Notes under the pieces: model-generated
Seen by the model: the letters and a program-made list of their open reading frames with translations, nothing else
What the model was told of the DNA's origin: nothing
The model's database searches: none
Shown: in pieces, positions 59,535 through 64,000 of the stretch
Numbering within the stretch: the stretch's first letter is position 1
Layout: the number at the start of each line of letters is the position of its first letter
Position numbers and translations under genes: made by a program
Source of the DNA: Candidatus Poseidoniaceae archaeon
Lineage (GTDB): Archaea > Thermoplasmatota > Poseidoniia > Poseidoniales > Poseidoniaceae
Length of the DNA: 64,000 bases
Assembly (NCBI GenBank): GCA_965662895.1
Contig: CBFIJH010000004.1
Location: forward strand, 98,073-162,072
Reading direction: 5' to 3'

Positions 59535-60362
59535 TTAGAACAAATCATCGAGGTTGGGTAATGTGGGTGTCGAATCCTTCGAGTCAAACAAGTCATCCAG
59601 ATCTGGCATTTCTGGTAGTTCGTATTTATGGTCGTCATCCAAATCGGGAAGTTCTGGTAACGGGACGTTCTTTGGGCCGTCAGAAACAAATGCGGTATTG
59701 TTGTCCCGAACCGGAACCGGGGTTTTGTTGCTTTTTTCCACACCAGGAAGAGGTATGTATGCTGGTCCATCTGAAATGAATTCCCGATTTTCAAGGTGAA
59801 TCTCTTCAGATTCCGTCGGTTGCAATTCGGATTCCATGGTTCGAGATTCAATGTCCGTGTTACGCTCGGAAACAATGGATGCGGCATATTTGCCAAGATC
59901 ACTATTTGAGAGAAGTTCTGTCGCAGATTGAATTTTCTCCTCATCAATCGTGGGCTTTTCGGATACAATCGATGAAAGAATGCTCGATGTGTGTTGCGAC
60001 ACCAACGACGTTGAAGGACTGCTTACCATCGTACTCGTCGATTCAAAATCCGCAATTTGTTCCTCTACTGACCTTTGTCCCGGCAATTCAGGTATTGAGC
60101 GTTCGCCACGCCCCCATACTGCAAGCATTCCAAGACAGATGGTCATGACCAGCCAGATCCATTCTTGCAACGACCAACCGGTTGAGGCCCAATAGTCGGT
60201 TTCGTTTCCAAAAAGAATCCCATCGAAGAGTGGCTCCAGAAGAACCCGTTGACCTTCTTGCCCGGGATATTTCCCAAGAAATGCGTTTGCGAATAAAGCA
60301 ATCAACGACATGGTCGCAACCGTCGAAGCAAATGCTGCGGTTCGAGGTGCACGTTGTATCAT
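59535..60362 (-). CDS. Hypothetical membrane protein with acidic, repetitive disordered tail
   Basis: Two N-terminal TMs; repeated F.SDGP..PLP and P.LDD motifs. Confidence 0.6.
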   Translation of the reverse strand: MIQRAPRTAAFASTVATMSLIALFANAFLGKYPGQEGQRVLLEPLFDGILFGNETDYWASTGWSLQEWIWLVMTICLGMLAVWGRGERSIPELPGQRSVEEQIADFESTSTMVSSPSTSLVSQHTSSILSSIVSEKPTIDEEKIQSATELLSNSDLGKYAASIVSERNTDIESRTMESELQPTESEEIHLENREFISDGPAYIPLPGVEKSNKTPVPVRDNNTAFVSDGPKNVPLPELPDLDDDHKYELPEMPDLDDLFDSKDSTPTLPNLDDLF

Positions 60363-60371
60363 ACCATCACA

Positions 60372-61241
60372 TCATGATGCACTCAGATACTCTGCAGCCG
60401 TCACCGTGTTGGCCATCAACATCGCTACCGTCATTGGGCCAACACCACCAGGAACGGGTGATAAGAGGGAGGCGTGAGCAGCCACATCAGGGTGTACATC
60501 TCCTGCAAGCCGCCAACCCCGCTCTCGCGTTGCATCATCAACGCGATTGATTCCAACATCAATCACAATCGCTCCTTCTTTGACCCAATCGGGTTGAACC
60601 ATCTCAGGGCGACCAACAGCTGCGACGATGATGTCGGCTTGCAGACATTCCGAGCGAGCATCTTTGGTTCGTGAATGAACGACGGTAACGGTCGCATCTG
60701 CCCCTCGAGCTGCAAGCAACAAGGCTTGTGGCATACCGACATTGAACGAACGTCCGAGAACTACGGCTTTCTTCCCCGAGATATCAACTTCCGCCCATCG
60801 CAACATTTCCATGACACCGGATGGGGTGCAAGGGACCATTCCATCGGTTCTGCCTTGAACCAAGCGTCCAAGATTGACCGGGTGAAAGCCATCCACGTCT
60901 TTTCGAGGGTTGATCAATTCAGTAAGAGCTTCCTCATCCATGTGTTTCGGTAAAGGAGATTGGATGAGGATTCCGTGCAGGTCGGCTTGTTGGTTCATAG
61001 TACGAATATGTTCAGCAACCAATGATTCATCGGTGTCTTCGGGTAGTTCAATGTGGGTTGATCGAATTCCTAACCGCTCACAAGATCGAATCTTGTTGTT
61101 GACGTACACGTGCGATGCAGGATCATCACCCACAATGATCACTGCAAGATGAGGTTGAACTGGACACGCTGCAATTCGCAGTTTGAGTTGTTCTTCCAAA
61201 TCGGCTGCACATGCTTTCCCATCAAGACGAACAGCGGTCAT
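60372..61241 (-). CDS. folD: Methylene-THF dehydrogenase/cyclohydrolase
   Basis: LDGK, YVNNK, GILIQSPLP, KDVDGFHP, PCTP, GRS..VG, DVGIN, PVPGGVGPMT. True start at 61241. Confidence 0.95.
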   Translation of the reverse strand: MTAVRLDGKACAADLEEQLKLRIAACPVQPHLAVIIVGDDPASHVYVNNKIRSCERLGIRSTHIELPEDTDESLVAEHIRTMNQQADLHGILIQSPLPKHMDEEALTELINPRKDVDGFHPVNLGRLVQGRTDGMVPCTPSGVMEMLRWAEVDISGKKAVVLGRSFNVGMPQALLLAARGADATVTVVHSRTKDARSECLQADIIVAAVGRPEMVQPDWVKEGAIVIDVGINRVDDATRERGWRLAGDVHPDVAAHASLLSPVPGGVGPMTVAMLMANTVTAAEYLSAS

Positions 61242-61291
61242 GAAACGACCAGACGCTTCAACGGTTTGAGGATTCTCATAGTGAACAATGG

Positions 61292-61368
61292 TGGAGCCAA
61301 CGGAGGGACTCGAACCCCCGACCGTCTGATTACAAATCAGACGCACTACCAGACTGTGCTACGTTGGC
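61292..61368 (-). tRNA. tRNA-Thr(UGU) with encoded CCA
   Basis: GCCAACG-TA-GCAC-AGTCTGGTA-GTGC-G-TCTGA-TTTGTAA-TCAGA-CGGTC-GGGGG-TTCGAGT-CCCTC-CGTTGGC-T-CCA; full cloverleaf, no intron. Confidence 0.96.
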
Positions 61369-61453
61369 CTTGAACCGTGGGTTACGTCACCCCTTGATGA
61401 AGGAAACGGTTCAACCTCGACAAGGTCAAGAGTGAAACCTGCTTGGCTTGGCT

Positions 61454-62737
61454 ATGGACGAAGAACCTGGCGCATCTCTTGTTAACGCACTTGCTATGAC
61501 GCGTCAAGGAAACGATACCATCTTTGGATGGTACGCACGCTACCTTGCTGCAATGGAGCAAGGCCATGATGCAGTCAACGGAACGGCAGGTATCCTTCTT
61601 GAAAACGATGGTACATTGGCAATCAACGATGTTGTTGATCGAATGCTTCGAGAAGCACCTGCAGTGGAATTTTCCTCATACGCTCCGCTCAAAGGCCTTC
61701 CTGATTTCCTCGATCTAAGCATCTCTCTTGCTCTTGGAGAGCATCGTAATGTCATGGAACGTATGGGATTTCATTTTGTTTCAACAGCCTCGCCAGGAGG
61801 TTCGGGGGCACTGTTCCTCGCTGCAAACAACTTGTGTGAACGAGGCGATTCCATCTTGCTTCGTGATCGACATTGGGGACCATATGCTGGTTTTCTCAAA
61901 GGATGTGGCCTCAACATGGCCACATGGCCGCTCCTACCCAAAAAGGAAGGCGACTATCCGTATTTTGCAAATGAAGCATTCGAGACGGCTGTTGAACAAC
62001 TCGCTCAATCCCAGAGTACAGTGATGGTTTGGCTGAATGACCCCGCACATAACCCAACAGGACTGACTATGACAGCAGAAGGTCGAAGAGCAGCCTTGGA
62101 TGTCATGATGGCGAGTGCGTCAAAGCACCCAGACGTTGGCCACACACTGCTTCTTGATACCGCATACAGTCTGTATGCGGATGAACCCCATGGTTGGGGT
62201 CAAACCATCGTTGATGCAATGGAGGATGGTACGCCTTGGCCTGAAAACTTCCTCATAACCTACGCACTTTCCTTGTCCAAATCCCACACAGCATACGGTT
62301 TGCGAACTGGAGCACTCATCGGCATCCATCCTGATGAAGCAGTAACAGAGCGTTTGAGAGATATTTTCGGAACGACTGGACGACAAACCTGGTCGGCAGC
62401 ACCTCGAATCCTCCAATACACTGCTGCACAGTTGCACGGGAATGAACAATCGGCAGAGGAGTGGTCAAAAGAACGAGATCGATTGCAAGGCTTGCTGACA
62501 GAGCGAAGGGACATCTTTGTCAAAGCATGTCAAGAGTACAACGTGCCAATCAATCCAACACACGATGGATTCTTTGCGTGGCTTGAACATGAAGAACCTG
62601 AAACAATCACGGAAGCTTGTGCTGAACATCATGTCTACCTCGTACCTTTACGCGGCGGTGTTCGAATCGGTTTGTGTGCCATGCCCACTCATGCAGTTGA
62701 ACGAGTCGCAAAGACGCTCGCAACCGTTCTCAACTAG
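61454..62737 (+). CDS. Class I/II aminotransferase (aspartate/aromatic type)
   Basis: YAPLKG, SPGGSGAL, NDPAHNPTG, DTAY, SLSKSHTAYGLRTG (PLP Lys), VRIGL. Confidence 0.85.
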   Translation: MDEEPGASLVNALAMTRQGNDTIFGWYARYLAAMEQGHDAVNGTAGILLENDGTLAINDVVDRMLREAPAVEFSSYAPLKGLPDFLDLSISLALGEHRNVMERMGFHFVSTASPGGSGALFLAANNLCERGDSILLRDRHWGPYAGFLKGCGLNMATWPLLPKKEGDYPYFANEAFETAVEQLAQSQSTVMVWLNDPAHNPTGLTMTAEGRRAALDVMMASASKHPDVGHTLLLDTAYSLYADEPHGWGQTIVDAMEDGTPWPENFLITYALSLSKSHTAYGLRTGALIGIHPDEAVTERLRDIFGTTGRQTWSAAPRILQYTAAQLHGNEQSAEEWSKERDRLQGLLTERRDIFVKACQEYNVPINPTHDGFFAWLEHEEPETITEACAEHHVYLVPLRGGVRIGLCAMPTHAVERVAKTLATVLN

Positions 62738-63127
62738 GTGAAAACTATGGTTCGCAACGTGCGAGAGAACCTCATCCTTTCAGGAATGATTTGCATCGCA
62801 TTTGGAGGGTTCCTCTCCGTTGGGGGCGTCTTGTCCATGGGCGCAGTCATCGGCGTGTCGGGTATACTCTTGTTTGTGATAGGAATGAGCACTCCAAGTC
62901 AACGATCCATGAACGAAGAGGACATTGCAGCCTGGAAACCGAGTGCAGAGCAACTCCCTGATGCGAACCGCATCATGTACCGAGTTGATGTCACCATCGA
63001 TGAACCAAAAAAGACAACAATCCTTTGTGGACCATGTGGTGTCGTTACTGAACTCGATGGAGACCGACCCAAATCATTCACATGCCCTGCATGCAAGACG
63101 TTCCTCTACGAGGACGAAGAAGAGTGA
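62738..63127 (+). CDS. Membrane protein with C-terminal zinc ribbon
   Basis: 2 TMs, then CGPC and CPAC. Confidence 0.7.
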   Translation: MKTMVRNVRENLILSGMICIAFGGFLSVGGVLSMGAVIGVSGILLFVIGMSTPSQRSMNEEDIAAWKPSAEQLPDANRIMYRVDVTIDEPKKTTILCGPCGVVTELDGDRPKSFTCPACKTFLYEDEEE

Positions 63128-63796
63128 TTACTTCTGCTCGTATTCGTAAGGCTGTGCTGTTGTCTGCGCAGGCATTTGCTGCGCAGGCATTTGTTGTGCA
63201 GGCATTTGCTGCATAGGCATCTGTCCTGCCATCATTTGACCACCCATCATTTGTCCTTGTTGCATCACAACAGGATCTTTGGTCTTGAGTGTCAATGCGA
63301 GAATAAGTCCAATGAGAAGGATGACACCACCGCAAATAGCAACCAATACACCACCAGCCGCAGCAAGGAATCCTCCAGCTGCGTCACCTAGTGCCTCAAA
63401 TTCACCAACAACGTAGATTGTTGAGGAGGTCTGGCCGAAATTAAGTGTGTCTCCTGCGTTTGTGTCCCAGAAACTAATATCTCCGACTTTAATGTAATCA
63501 TCATCAATTAGGTCATCCTCATTGTTGTAGTCGCAAGAGGAACTGAAGAGGTTGTAATCGGGATCGCCTGAGCTCGTAATTGTCATTTCAAACGATTCAC
63601 AATTGACTGAGCTCGAAGTGTAGACAGCGTAGAAATCATCACCAGGCACCGTCCAGGTATCTCCACCGTTTCCTGCATAGTAGTTCTCGTTTGATGGGTC
63701 AAGGTTCGCAGTTGCTGCGCCCCCAACAATCAAAACAATTCCAAGAGCCGTAATTACTCCACCAATGATTAACAATACCTTACCTGCTGTATGCAT
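63128..63796 (-). CDS. Membrane protein with Gln/Met/Pro-rich cytoplasmic tail
   Basis: N-terminal TM, extracellular beta domain with a Cys pair, second TM, QQMPA repeats. Start at 63796 supported by the TATA box. Confidence 0.7.
   Translation of the reverse strand: MHTAGKVLLIIGGVITALGIVLIVGGAATANLDPSNENYYAGNGGDTWTVPGDDFYAVYTSSSVNCESFEMTITSSGDPDYNLFSSSCDYNNEDDLIDDDYIKVGDISFWDTNAGDTLNFGQTSSTIYVVGEFEALGDAAGGFLAAAGGVLVAICGGVILLIGLILALTLKTKDPVVMQQGQMMGGQMMAGQMPMQQMPAQQMPAQQMPAQTTAQPYEYEQK
63165..63266 (-). repeat. Imperfect 15-bp tandem repeat encoding (Q/G)QM(P/M)(A/G/M)
   Basis: GCAGGCATTTG(C/T)TG units on the + strand; peptide QQGQMMGGQMMAGQMPMQQMPAQQMPAQQMPAQ. Confidence 0.8.
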
Positions 63797-63818
63797 GATG
63801 CGTCCTTTCAACTGGCAA

Positions 63819-63826
63819 TTTATAAG
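63819..63826 (-). promoter_or_regulatory. Archaeal TATA box (leaderless transcript likely)
   Basis: CTTATAAA on the minus strand at -30 to -23 from the ATG at 63796. Confidence 0.55.
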
Positions 63827-63850
63827 AATGCCTCCTTAGGAGGACTCAAT

Positions 63851-64000
63851 TCATTCTGCAATGGTCTTTTCTTCAGTCTTGACGGATTCGTCCGTTGATG
63901 GGAACTGGTAGGGTTCTGCTCTGGTCATTTCTTCTGTGACAACGCTTGATGTTGTGACTTGTGCTATGGTTTGGTTGACACCGACACCTACCGCATTCGG
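63851..64000 (-). CDS. C-terminal end of a protein running in from beyond the window
   Basis: Open minus frame PNAVGVGVNQ...RAEPYQFPSTDESVKTEEKTIAE*. Confidence 0.5.
   Translation of the reverse strand, partial: PNAVGVGVNQTIAQVTTSSVVTEEMTRAEPYQFPSTDESVKTEEKTIAE

Noticed and set aside
61242-61346. N-terminal extension of FolD in the ORF track
   Set aside because: It reads through the tRNA-Thr gene; FolD homology starts at MTAVRLDGK (61241).
61250-61450. tRNA as an integration site for a mobile element
   Set aside because: No integrase and no noticed duplicate of the tRNA 3' end; the flanks are housekeeping genes.
493-63391. Numerous 60-230 aa antisense or alternate-frame ORFs in the ORF track
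   Set aside because: They lie within well-supported genes, lack recognisable motifs and are expected shadow ORFs.

Overview
Gene-dense archaeal chromosome segment, about 48% GC by eye, with very short intergenic gaps. Archaeal markers include archaeosine TGT, CTP-dependent riboflavin kinase, NadM-type NMN adenylyltransferase, a DRG GTPase, DUF835, TATA boxes and GGTGA ribosome-binding sites. These sit beside bacterial-type genes, which best fits Thermoplasmatota, probably Marine Group II (Poseidoniales); that assignment is an inference. Contents in order: the end of a thiamine ABC operon; cofactor and housekeeping genes; a complete 15-kb alpha-glucan utilisation locus (surface-anchored GH57 and GH13, a fused MalE-MalF, MalG, MalK, MalQ, glucan phosphorylase); truA and a 4-gene ABC exporter; tgtA and nifU divergent from a sufCBDSE-sufT operon; a translationally coupled DUF835 / DnaA-like AAA+ / CxxCxxCC operon; citrate synthase; an MMPL / Rieske / GDPD / PAP2 cluster; tatC; folD; tRNA-Thr(UGU). 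No CRISPR array, rRNA, IS or integrase was seen. Main leads: a bacterial DnaA-type ATPase lacking the DNA-binding domain, coupled to a DUF835 protein; a circularly permuted GDPD; an archaeosine TGT lacking all four zinc ligands; the SBP-FN3-permease fusion; an orphan phage-tail-like gene; and an apparent excess of convergent gene pairs whose stop codons abut with zero gap. All family calls come from motif recognition by eye, not database searches. Several start codons were moved relative to the ORF track.
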